Below, piece by piece: positions 16,184-24,410 of a stretch of 42,428 bases of DNA; the first letter of the stretch is position 1, and each line of letters begins with the position of its first letter. Location: the NCBI GenBank assembly GCA_964503425.1, contig CAZDAQ010000004.1:1-42428 (forward strand), in the 5' to 3' direction. The notes beneath the pieces are model-generated. The model was not told where the DNA came from, did no database searches, and saw only the letters and a program-made list of their open reading frames with translations. The position numbers and the translations under genes are program-made. The stretch is from an uncultured Opitutales bacterium. Lineage in GTDB: Bacteria; Verrucomicrobiota; Verrucomicrobiia; Opitutales; JABDGR01.

Positions 16184-17485
16184 TTAACCCAGCAGCAAGA
16201 GCGCCGGGGTTTCGAGCAGGGTGCGGAGGGCCTGGAGGAACTGGGCGGCGACGGCGCCGTCGATGACGCGATGGTCGCCGGCGAGGCCGATGTTCATGCG
16301 GCGGCCAATGACGATCTGGTTGTTGGCGTCCACGACGGGCTTCTTGATAGTGGCACCGACGGAGAGGATGGCGGCGTTGGGGGGGTTGATGATGCCGAAA
16401 AAGCCGGTGATGCCGAACATGCCGAGGTTGGTGACGGTGAAGGTCGAGCCGGACATTTCGTCGGGCTTGATTTTTTTGCCGCGGGCCTTGGCGGCCAGCT
16501 CGCGGGCCTCGGCGGAGATTTGGCGGATGCTCTTGCTGTCGGCGTTTTTGATGACGGGAGTGACCAGGCCGTCTTCGAGGGCGACGCCAAAGGCAAGATG
16601 CACGCGGCCATGGCGCTGGAGGTGGTCGCCCATCCAGGAGGCGTTAACGGAAGGGACGCGGCGGAGGGCCTCGACGGAGGCCTTGAGGATGAAGTCGTTG
16701 ACGGTGAACTTGCCGCCGCCTTTATCGGCGGGCACATCAGCGAGGGCGACGTTGAGGCCCTCGCGCATGTCGGTAAGCGGGCCGGCGTCAATTTCGAGCT
16801 CGAGGTAGAAATGCGGGATTTCGGTTTTGGACTTGAGCAGGTGGCGCGCAATGGCGGCGCGCATGTTGGAGACAGGCGTTTTTTCGTCCTGACCGAGCGG
16901 GCCGCCGGAAGGGGCGAAGCTGGCGGTGCCGCCGGAGGCGGCGGCGGGAGCGGGAGGCTTGGCCGCGGCGGCGAGGACATCGGCGCGCACGATGCGGCCA
17001 CCGGGCCCGCTGCCCGTAAGGCCGGCGAGGGCGACACCTTTTTCGGTGGCGGCTTTTTTAGCGAGAGGAGAGGCTTTGATGCGGGCGCCGGGAGTGGAAA
17101 CGGGTTCGGGTGCCGGTGGCGCGACTGGAGCAGGAGTGGCGACCGGGGCAGGAGCAGGTGCCACAGGCTCGGCGGCCTTGGCCGGGACGGCTTTCGCAGG
17201 AGCGGGGGCCTGAGCGGCGACGGCGGGGGCGTCCGGGATTTTTTCCCCCGGCTGGCCGATGGCGCACATGGGCGCGCCGACGGGGATCTGGCCGCCCGCG
17301 GGTACATAGTGCTTGAGAACGACGCCGTTGGCGAAGTTCTCGACCTCCATGGTGGCCTTGTCGGTTTCGACCTCACAGAGGAGGTCGCCGGACTTGACCT
17401 TGTCGCCTTCCTTTTTGAGCCATTTGACCAGCGTGCCCACGGTCATGGTGTCGCTGAGCTTCGGCATTTCGATGATTTCGGCCAT
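16184..17485 (-). CDS. 2-oxoacid dehydrogenase complex E2 (dihydrolipoamide acyltransferase, PDH-like)
   Basis: ORF track 16184..17779, trimmed to ATG 17485. Lipoyl domain MAEIIEMPKLSDTMTVGTLVKWLKKEGDKV ... EVETDKATMEV; Ala/Pro-rich linker; E3-binding domain (ASPLAKKAATEKGV ... GSGPGGRIVRADV); catalytic domain ending DHRVIDGA. Confidence 0.9.
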   Translation of the reverse strand: MAEIIEMPKLSDTMTVGTLVKWLKKEGDKVKSGDLLCEVETDKATMEVENFANGVVLKHYVPAGGQIPVGAPMCAIGQPGEKIPDAPAVAAQAPAPAKAVPAKAAEPVAPAPAPVATPAPVAPPAPEPVSTPGARIKASPLAKKAATEKGVALAGLTGSGPGGRIVRADVLAAAAKPPAPAAASGGTASFAPSGGPLGQDEKTPVSNMRAAIARHLLKSKTEIPHFYLELEIDAGPLTDMREGLNVALADVPADKGGGKFTVNDFILKASVEALRRVPSVNASWMGDHLQRHGRVHLAFGVALEDGLVTPVIKNADSKSIRQISAEARELAAKARGKKIKPDEMSGSTFTVTNLGMFGITGFFGIINPPNAAILSVGATIKKPVVDANNQIVIGRRMNIGLAGDHRVIDGAVAAQFLQALRTLLETPALLLLG

Positions 17486-17627
17486 GATGAGGGGATTATT
17501 ACTGCAAGTTGGGGCAAAGATGCAAAGCGGATATTTTCGTGAGGTGGTGGGTTCAGTATGGGTGAAGCACAGGAGCCTTGACAAGCGGAACGCGACGGCC
17601 AGCGTTTTAGTCGCTCCACCAACATTT

Positions 17628-19241
17628 ATGCTGCGCCACAGAACAGCAATTTTACGAGGGCTGACGATAGGGTTGCTGGCGGCGGCAGGGATCAACTTCA
17701 CGCCGACGCAAGCAAGCGCGGCTGCCGGGGGGTGGACGGCACGGGCCTCGGGCACGGTCAGCAACCTCAACGCGGTCATGTGGACGGGAAGTCAGTTTGT
17801 CGCGGTAGGGAGCGCCGGCATCATCCTGACATCGCCCGACGGACTCGAGTGGGCTGGACAGAGTTCCCCGACAAATAATGACTTGCTGGGCATTGCCTCC
17901 TTTCAAAATCAGCTCATTGCGGTGGGCAACATTGGCACTTTGGTCACGTCGAAGGATGGCGTGCGGTGGCTAAGCCAAAACACAAATATACAGGAACGGC
18001 TGGTTGGGGTGGCGGCCAATGCCAGCCTGGTGGTGGCTACCGGGGACGACGGGGTCATTTTGCATTCCGCCGACGGTTTGGATTGGGGCAATAAGTTGGA
18101 TCAGCAGTTCGACGAATTCGGCCATACATTTGTCCAGAAAACTCGACCATCCGGAACGCACGCACCATTGCATTACCTCATTTGGAGCGGGCACCTATTT
18201 GTGGCGCCGGGAAATCAAATCCTCATGACATCAACTGATGGACAAAAGTGGGTGCAGGCGGCCAACGTCGCGCGGCGGCAACTTGTAAGCGTGGTTTTTA
18301 ATGGGACGCTGTTTCTGGCTTTGGGCGAGAAAGGCACGGTGCTCGCCTCTTTCGATGCCTTGGCCTGGCAGCCGCTTTTCGCCGTGACCGACGAGAAGCT
18401 CAATGCCGGCCTGTGGACGGGCAATTATTTTGTGATCGTGGGGACCGCCGGCACCATCGTTACTTCCGCGGACGGCGTGGTTTGGAGCGAGACCGCCTCG
18501 CACACGCCGGATTCGCTAAACGGCATCGCCAGCAACGGGACCTTGCTGGTGGCCGTGGGTGGGCATGGCACTATTTTGACGGCGCCGCCGCCGTTAAAAC
18601 TGGCGCATGCGGGAACTTTGGCGCCAGTGATGGGCGATTCCCCAGCCAATCTGACGGTGCTTACCGGGCATGGCGCCACCTATCTATTGATGGTCGCGGG
18701 CAATCCGGAGCCCTCCTACCAATGGCAATACAAGAAGGCCAAGGATGTGACCTGGACGAACCTGAGTGACGGCCCCCTTTGCACTGGCGCAACCAACGCG
18801 AGCCTGACGATTGCCAAGCCGGTGCCCGCAATGTCCGGCGACCAGTTTCGCTGCGTGGTGAAAAACTCCGCGGGCACGGTAACTTCATCCGTCGCCTCCC
18901 TAACGGTTAAAGCGCCTACCCCACCTGTAATAAGTGCGCAGTCACCGGATGTGGCAGTCACAGTCCGCGGGGGAACGAGCCGGCGGGCGATCTTTAGTGT
19001 CTCGGCGGCTGGAGATCCGCCTCCCGCCTATCAATGGCAGCAGCGTGCGAGCGAGGACGCGCCGTGGAGCAACGTCAAAGACGACAATATCGGCGCATCG
19101 GGGCAAACGCTCATTTTGGAGACAAACTTGAGCATGAATGGCGAGCAGTTCCAATGCCTGGTTACCAATGAAGCGGGTTCGGTGACCTCAAACACGACCA
19201 CATTGACGGTGAGCGAACCACCGGCGCCTCTTGGGCAATAG
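17628..19241 (+). CDS. Secreted protein with about seven beta-propeller-like repeats and two C-terminal Ig-like domains
   Basis: ORF track 17313..19241, trimmed to ATG 17628 (signal peptide MLRHRTAILRGLTIGLLAAAGINFTPTQASA). Seven copies of [FL][VI]AVG..G.I.TS.DG..W are present (for example FVAVGSAGIILTSPDGLEW, LIAVGNIGTLVTSKDGVRW, FVIVGTAGTIVTSADGVVW). Two ~95-aa modules carry YQWQ ... G[DE]QF.C.V.N.AG.VTS, which is I-set Ig-like. Confidence 0.7.
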   Translation: MLRHRTAILRGLTIGLLAAAGINFTPTQASAAAGGWTARASGTVSNLNAVMWTGSQFVAVGSAGIILTSPDGLEWAGQSSPTNNDLLGIASFQNQLIAVGNIGTLVTSKDGVRWLSQNTNIQERLVGVAANASLVVATGDDGVILHSADGLDWGNKLDQQFDEFGHTFVQKTRPSGTHAPLHYLIWSGHLFVAPGNQILMTSTDGQKWVQAANVARRQLVSVVFNGTLFLALGEKGTVLASFDALAWQPLFAVTDEKLNAGLWTGNYFVIVGTAGTIVTSADGVVWSETASHTPDSLNGIASNGTLLVAVGGHGTILTAPPPLKLAHAGTLAPVMGDSPANLTVLTGHGATYLLMVAGNPEPSYQWQYKKAKDVTWTNLSDGPLCTGATNASLTIAKPVPAMSGDQFRCVVKNSAGTVTSSVASLTVKAPTPPVISAQSPDVAVTVRGGTSRRAIFSVSAAGDPPPAYQWQQRASEDAPWSNVKDDNIGASGQTLILETNLSMNGEQFQCLVTNEAGSVTSNTTTLTVSEPPAPLGQ

Positions 19242-19268
19242 CAGTTGCTCCGGCGGAGATATCCGGCG

Positions 19269-20762
19269 TTACGCGCGGGTCTGGCGGCGGCTGAGCACCA
19301 CCAGCACGGTGGCACCGGCAGCGATGGCAAGTGTGGTTTGTGCGGGCTCGGGCACGGGGGTGTAATAAACGTCAAAAATCGTGTTCGAGGCGGTGGAATT
19401 GCCGAAGTCTGGCAGGTCGGCGGAAATGCCGCCAAAAACATACCCGAGCAGGGTTGGGCCGGTGAGGTTGCCCATGTCAATCATGCCGTCAATCATGGGC
19501 AGGCCGGGGGTGGGGACAAATTCCGCGCCGGCACCGAACAGCAGCGGGCCATTCGGGCCGCTGATATTGGGGAAGGCCGCGCTGTTGAGCAGATATTGGG
19601 TGTAATTGCCATCGGCGGTGCGCACGATGTCGGTGCTCTGGTCAATGAACGGCAAATTGTTGTCGGTGATGAAAGTGCTGTTGCCGGAATCGTAAAATTG
19701 CAGGCTGATGCCGCCGAGGATGACCGAATGGGTCGCGTCGGTGGCGGAGTCGTAGAGGCTGATGACCGGGGAGTGGTAATTGTTCATGCCCTGCTTGAAG
19801 GTACCGGGGGCGTTGGGGTCGGCCATGGTGGTGGTGCCGTTGGCGGAAATTTCCACGGGCACCGTCCAGGCACCGCCGCTGACGGTGAAGACACCGGAGA
19901 GGGCGGAGAGGCTTTGCACGTAGCCGCCATGGCCGTCGCTTTGAAGTTCTGGGACAACGTTGAGATCGCGGCGGCGGTAGTTGGGGTCAGGTATGGATGC
20001 GCTGTAGTTGGCAATGCTGAGCGAGGAGCCGGTGTTCACGATGTTGAAGGTGCGGACCTGCTGGGTGTAATTGCCGTTTGAGGCCACTGTATAAGGGCCT
20101 TCAAAGTCCTGGCCGAGGGAAAGCAGGGTCAACCCGTTGATTTGCGACATCGCGCCGCCGGTCACCTGAAAGGCGGTGCTGTTCGTTTGGAGAAGGTTTT
20201 GCCCAAGCGAGCCGGTGCCGGTCTGCACCCAGTTGACGATGCCCGGGAGGTTGAGGGCGGTGAGGGTGTTGTAGGTGGTAAAGTTGTCGTGGGTGCTGTC
20301 ATACAAATAGCCGCCGGCAACATAGAGGGTGGAGCCGCTTTGGTAGAACTCGGCGGCGGTGGCGGAGAGGGCATTGAATTCCTGGGGGGTGATGCCCGCG
20401 CTGGCGTCCGAGAGGGAGCGGCTCCAGGTTTGCTTGGTCACGGGATCAATGACCCAGACGTTGGTGTTTTGATTGGCCGGGGGGAAGTTCTGGGTGCCAT
20501 TGCCGATAAAGCCGTGCAGGCCGTTGGTGCGACCGTCCACGACGACCCAGTCGTCTCCGACCTGGCCGATGGCGTAAGATTGCAGGGTGGGCACGTCGGC
20601 GGAGCCCATGTCCTGCGTGGAGAGGTTGATCTGGTAGGGCAAGTCGCCGTTGACGACGATGGGGCTGACGGCCGGAGTTTGGTTGTTTTGGGCGTGGGCG
20701 GTGGCGGCGCAGAGGAGAAAGGCCAAAGTTGCGCTGAGGAGGAGGAGGTTAATTTTGTGCAT
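19269..20762 (-). CDS. Secreted PEP-CTERM sorting-domain protein (possibly Kelch/beta-propeller-like)
   Basis: ORF track 19269..20876, trimmed to ATG 20762 (signal peptide MHKINLLLLSATLAFLLCAATAHA). The extreme C-terminus VPEPAQTTLAIAAGATVLVVLSRRQTRA has the PEP motif, a TM helix and a basic tail. STLYVAGGYLYD resembles a Kelch motif. Confidence 0.8.
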   Translation of the reverse strand: MHKINLLLLSATLAFLLCAATAHAQNNQTPAVSPIVVNGDLPYQINLSTQDMGSADVPTLQSYAIGQVGDDWVVVDGRTNGLHGFIGNGTQNFPPANQNTNVWVIDPVTKQTWSRSLSDASAGITPQEFNALSATAAEFYQSGSTLYVAGGYLYDSTHDNFTTYNTLTALNLPGIVNWVQTGTGSLGQNLLQTNSTAFQVTGGAMSQINGLTLLSLGQDFEGPYTVASNGNYTQQVRTFNIVNTGSSLSIANYSASIPDPNYRRRDLNVVPELQSDGHGGYVQSLSALSGVFTVSGGAWTVPVEISANGTTTMADPNAPGTFKQGMNNYHSPVISLYDSATDATHSVILGGISLQFYDSGNSTFITDNNLPFIDQSTDIVRTADGNYTQYLLNSAAFPNISGPNGPLLFGAGAEFVPTPGLPMIDGMIDMGNLTGPTLLGYVFGGISADLPDFGNSTASNTIFDVYYTPVPEPAQTTLAIAAGATVLVVLSRRQTRA

Positions 20763-20940
20763 GACGTTGATAATTATTACAGAGGTTAAGGTGGGTGGCC
20801 GCAAAAAGCGCGACCAAAAATGGCCGTCGGCGCAAAAACACGAACAAGTCAGTTGCAAAAATGAAAAGCCGCACACACTAAGCGGAGACAGGGCGGCTTT
20901 CGCCTTTGCCTTCGGGTGGGGGCGCAGCTAGCGTGGCGGC

Positions 20941-22029
20941 ATGAGCCAGGAGGGATTGTCGGTGCTGCAAACGGAAAAGAAACCGTCCTACCCGGTGGGG
21001 ACGTCATTGCGCGAATACCTGGTGCGGTGGCAGCGGGAGGAGGCGCTGCCGGTGTCCTACAAGGAGTTGACGGCGTTCACGGAGTCGGCGCCGCTGCGGG
21101 ACGCGGCGGGGCGGGACACGCTGTGGGAGTCGGTGATTTATCCGCGCGAGCAGATGACCGGGCTGCACCAGGGGTTGAAAAAAATCTACGCTCTGATGCA
21201 GGCGGTGGGCACGGAGTCGGTGATGGAGCACCTGTATGTGGACCGGATTGACTACTGCACGTTCGGGAACAGCCACCCGTTCCGGGTGCGGATTGTCAAC
21301 TCCTACAATGACAACTTTGATCATTTTTATGTGAAGCGGGCGGATGCGTCGCGTATTTTCGGCCTAGAGCTGGAGCATTTGCTCTCGCCGAACCGGCTGC
21401 ATTATTTGACCAACGGGGACACGCTGGTGGAGGAGCACATCGGGGGCATCCCGGGGGATGTGTTCATCGAACGGTGGCTGCACGATCCGAATGTGTCCTC
21501 GGTGCGGCTGGCGAAGGAGCTGGTGAAGTTTAACGAGCGGTGCTTTGTGCGGCTGCTGGGGGACATGCGGTCGTATAACTTCGTGGTGGTGCTGGTGCCG
21601 GACTTCGAGGGCGTGCAGGTGCGCATCCGGGCAATGGACTTCGACCAGCAGTCCTACAACGGGCGGCTGCGGTTTTACCTGCCGCAGTTTTTCAAGGAAA
21701 ACCGGGCGCTGGCGGAGTATTGCGTGAAGCGCTTGAACACGCAGACGGCGCGGCAATACCAGCGGGAGGAGCAGGCGCTGATTTTCCGGCGGGCAGAGAC
21801 GGAGCGAGCGCGGGTGGGGCAATTGCTGGTGGCGATGGACCAATCCAGCTTGTCGAAGCCGGAAAAGGTGGCGCAATTGAGCGCGGAACTTGGCGCCTAC
21901 CACCATAGCGAGCGGTTTGCGCGGGTGGAAACGATGGGCGGCCTGGTGCGGGAAAGCCTTTACCTGATGTGCGAACAGTTCGTCGAGCGCACGGGCCACA
22001 CGGGGCCGAACCCGTTTTTGGCGGGCTAG
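20941..22029 (+). CDS. Hypothetical cytoplasmic protein; possible atypical protein-kinase-like (RIO / Kdo-kinase-like) fold
   Basis: ORF track. No signal peptide or TM helix. Motifs in kinase order: HFYVKR (beta3 Lys), LELEHLL (helix C Glu), LVEEHIGGIPG (hinge), LLGDMRSYNFVV (D-x4-N catalytic loop), IRAMDFDQ (DFG-like). Confidence 0.5.
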   Translation: MSQEGLSVLQTEKKPSYPVGTSLREYLVRWQREEALPVSYKELTAFTESAPLRDAAGRDTLWESVIYPREQMTGLHQGLKKIYALMQAVGTESVMEHLYVDRIDYCTFGNSHPFRVRIVNSYNDNFDHFYVKRADASRIFGLELEHLLSPNRLHYLTNGDTLVEEHIGGIPGDVFIERWLHDPNVSSVRLAKELVKFNERCFVRLLGDMRSYNFVVVLVPDFEGVQVRIRAMDFDQQSYNGRLRFYLPQFFKENRALAEYCVKRLNTQTARQYQREEQALIFRRAETERARVGQLLVAMDQSSLSKPEKVAQLSAELGAYHHSERFARVETMGGLVRESLYLMCEQFVERTGHTGPNPFLAG

Positions 22030-22079
22030 CATGCGGTACGGACGCCGCCGCCTGCACTCCGCGGGACAAACCGGTGCCT

Positions 22080-22415
22080 TTAGTTTTGGACCTTGCCGAG
22101 GAAGTCCGTCACGTCGAAGTAAACATGCACGATGCGGCCATCGGCGGTGGTGAGATCAAAGATGTCGAAGCGGCGGTCGCCCACGGTGATGAATTCCTGG
22201 CCGGTCTTGGTGGCGTCGGGGAAATGGTCGGCGAGCCACTGTTTTTCGGCGGCCACGCCTTGCTCAAGGCTCTTGGCGCCAAGGATGATCACCGGCGAGT
22301 TGAAGGAGAGCCCGTTGCCGCCGACGTAAGTGGGCTTGCTATACGAGGAGCCGGACGCGCAGCCTACGGCAAGCAGGAGCATCCAGGCGCAAAACAGGGA
22401 GGCGAATCGGTGCAT
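22080..22415 (-). CDS. Small lipoprotein of unknown function
   Basis: ORF track. Signal peptide with a lipobox (MHRFASLFCAWMLLLAVG|CAS). Confidence 0.6.
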   Translation of the reverse strand: MHRFASLFCAWMLLLAVGCASGSSYSKPTYVGGNGLSFNSPVIILGAKSLEQGVAAEKQWLADHFPDATKTGQEFITVGDRRFDIFDLTTADGRIVHVYFDVTDFLGKVQN

Positions 22416-22498
22416 GGCGCCACCATTGGAACAAAAGGAAGGGCGGGAAGCAAAGGTTTAGACAGCGGGAAATTTGCCGGTTAGGCTGCCGGTTATCC

Positions 22499-23539
22499 AT
22501 GAGCGCGCCCAATGCCGTTTTGAAGGAAATGCTGCGGGCGGAGGCCGCGCGGTTGGGCTTCGAGGCGGTGGGCGTGGCGCCGGTGGACATGGAACTGCGC
22601 CGGGAATACTACGAGCGGTGGATCGCCGAGGGGCAACATGGCGGCATGGCGTGGCTGGAGCGCAACAATGACCGGCGGCTGGAGCCGGCACGGCTGATTG
22701 CGGACGCCGCCGGCACGCCGCAGGCGCGCAGCCTCGTGGTGCTGGGGTTGAATTACCACCAGCCGGAGCCGGCGCGGCGCTACCGGATCGCCCAATACGC
22801 GCTGGGGCGGGACTACCATAATGTGCTGCGCAAGCGCCTGGTGAAGTTGTGCGCGCTGCTGCGGGAGCAGGGTGGGGAGCAGCGGCCCTATGTGGACACG
22901 GGACCGATTTTGGAAAAGGCGCTGGCGGCCCGCGCCGGGCTGGGCTGGCAGGGCAAAAGCACCATCCTCCTGCACCCGAAACTGGGGACCTGGCTCGTGT
23001 TGGGCATTATTGTGACGACGCTGGAGTTGCCGCCGGATACGCCTGTGGCTGACCGTTGCGGGGCCTGCACGGCATGTGTAGATGCCTGCCCGACAGGGGC
23101 CATCACCGCACCCTACCAACTTGATGCGCGCCGGTGCCTGGCATATTTGTTGATTGAGCACCACGGGCTGATTCCCGAGGAATTTCGCAAAGCGGTGGGC
23201 AACCGGCTGTTCGGCTGCGACGAATGCCTGGACGTATGCCCGTGGAACAAATGGGCCCGGGCCACGCGCGAGGCGGCGTTTGCGCCGCGGGATTATCCGG
23301 ACTTGCGCGTCCTGCTGGCATGGACGGAGGAGGATTTTCGCATGCACACGCAAGGCACGCCTTTGGCACGGTTAAAGCTTACAAGATTGAAACGCAACGC
23401 CTGCGTGGTGCTGGGGAACATCGGTGAAGCGGAAGATTTGCCGTCGCTCGAAGCGGCGGCGATGGATGTGGATGCGGTGGTGGCCGAGCACGCACGCTGG
23501 GCAATGAAGCAATTGCGTAACCGTTTGGTCGCGCAATGA
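22499..23539 (+). CDS. queG: tRNA epoxyqueuosine(34) reductase
   Basis: ORF track. Two 4Fe-4S motifs in the QueG context (CGACTACVDACPTGAI and GCDECLDVCPWNK), RRCLAYLLIEH, and a C-terminal HEAT-like tail (NACVVLGNIG ... ). Confidence 0.9.
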   Translation: MSAPNAVLKEMLRAEAARLGFEAVGVAPVDMELRREYYERWIAEGQHGGMAWLERNNDRRLEPARLIADAAGTPQARSLVVLGLNYHQPEPARRYRIAQYALGRDYHNVLRKRLVKLCALLREQGGEQRPYVDTGPILEKALAARAGLGWQGKSTILLHPKLGTWLVLGIIVTTLELPPDTPVADRCGACTACVDACPTGAITAPYQLDARRCLAYLLIEHHGLIPEEFRKAVGNRLFGCDECLDVCPWNKWARATREAAFAPRDYPDLRVLLAWTEEDFRMHTQGTPLARLKLTRLKRNACVVLGNIGEAEDLPSLEAAAMDVDAVVAEHARWAMKQLRNRLVAQ

Positions 23540-23543
23540 AATC

Positions 23544-23559
23544 TAGGGTTTAAACCCTA
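23544..23559. promoter_or_regulatory. Perfect 16-bp palindrome TAGGGTTTAAACCCTA (operator candidate or weak hairpin) 5 nt after the queG stop
   Basis: Read directly. A third TAGGGT half-site lies at 23566-23571, immediately followed by TATATA (23571-23576). The whole 23540-23659 spacer is AT-rich. Confidence 0.5.
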
Positions 23560-23659
23560 TTTAGTTAGGGTATATAACTTACGACGTTTGGCTAGGTTTT
23601 TGGCATTTGTTATGCTATCTTTGTCCACGATAGCTAATGCACGTCATGGCACAATTCGC

Positions 23660-24319
23660 ATGAAGTCAGTCATTTATTTTCACATCTTTCTTATCAGTTT
23701 GCTCGCGGGGGGGGGTCCTTCCGCGCAGGCGCGGACGCTGGATCCAGGGCAAAGGACTTTGGGCGGGGCGCCGGACAAAATCGTCGGCACCACCACCAAT
23801 TTCGATTTGGTGCTTCAAGGCAAGGGGATGCCGATTGAGGTGGTGAACTGGCGGGCGGACAATCTAGTTACTTTTTCCGGAGTGGCGCTGGGCAAAACTT
23901 TTGGCGTGTATCCCGAGGCAAGTTCCCTGCCGTCCGCGCCGGGCGTGGCTCCGGCCAACCCCGGCCTGCCTGTTGCCACGCTCGAAGCTGCGGAGGGCAA
24001 TGACTACACGCAAACGGCTTCGCTCAAGGGAGGCGCGGTGCTCAGCTCGCTCGTGGCGGCTCTCCGATTGGATCGGCCGATGATGGACGACGACGCCCTG
24101 ACGATCGCGGGCACCGCCGTGCGCGACACGCAGGGCGCCGGGATTGCAGGCATTGCGGAAATGCCGATGGATTTTTGGACAACCCCCGGGGCTGGCCGGT
24201 CGGATCCCTGGACGATTTTAGGGCCGCTGCTGGCCGAGGGAATTGTGTTCGGAGGATTTGTGGCGATGATGACGGGCGGTTGGGTGGTGGCGCGTCACCG
24301 CCAGTTGCAGGATCCCTGA
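23660..24319 (+). CDS. Hypothetical exported protein with a C-terminal TM anchor
   Basis: ORF track 23588..24319 (TTG), trimmed to ATG 23660, which gives a classical signal peptide MKSVIYFHIFLISLLAGGGPSAQA|R. C-terminal hydrophobic helix LLAEGIVFGGFVAMMTGGWVVA followed by RHR. Confidence 0.55.
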   Translation: MKSVIYFHIFLISLLAGGGPSAQARTLDPGQRTLGGAPDKIVGTTTNFDLVLQGKGMPIEVVNWRADNLVTFSGVALGKTFGVYPEASSLPSAPGVAPANPGLPVATLEAAEGNDYTQTASLKGGAVLSSLVAALRLDRPMMDDDALTIAGTAVRDTQGAGIAGIAEMPMDFWTTPGAGRSDPWTILGPLLAEGIVFGGFVAMMTGGWVVARHRQLQDP

Positions 24320-24410
24320 GCCTAGCCGGGTGTTGGCGCAAAAAGCGTGGTGGGCGGCGAATCGGCTCGTCTTCCGGGGTGAAGCGGCGATGTAATGCGC
24401 GGATTCTGCC

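Noticed and set aside
17313-17627. N-terminal extension of the propeller/Ig protein ORF (track start 17313).
   Set aside because: The extension overlaps the E2 gene start on the other strand and lacks a signal peptide. ATG 17628 yields a clean signal peptide.
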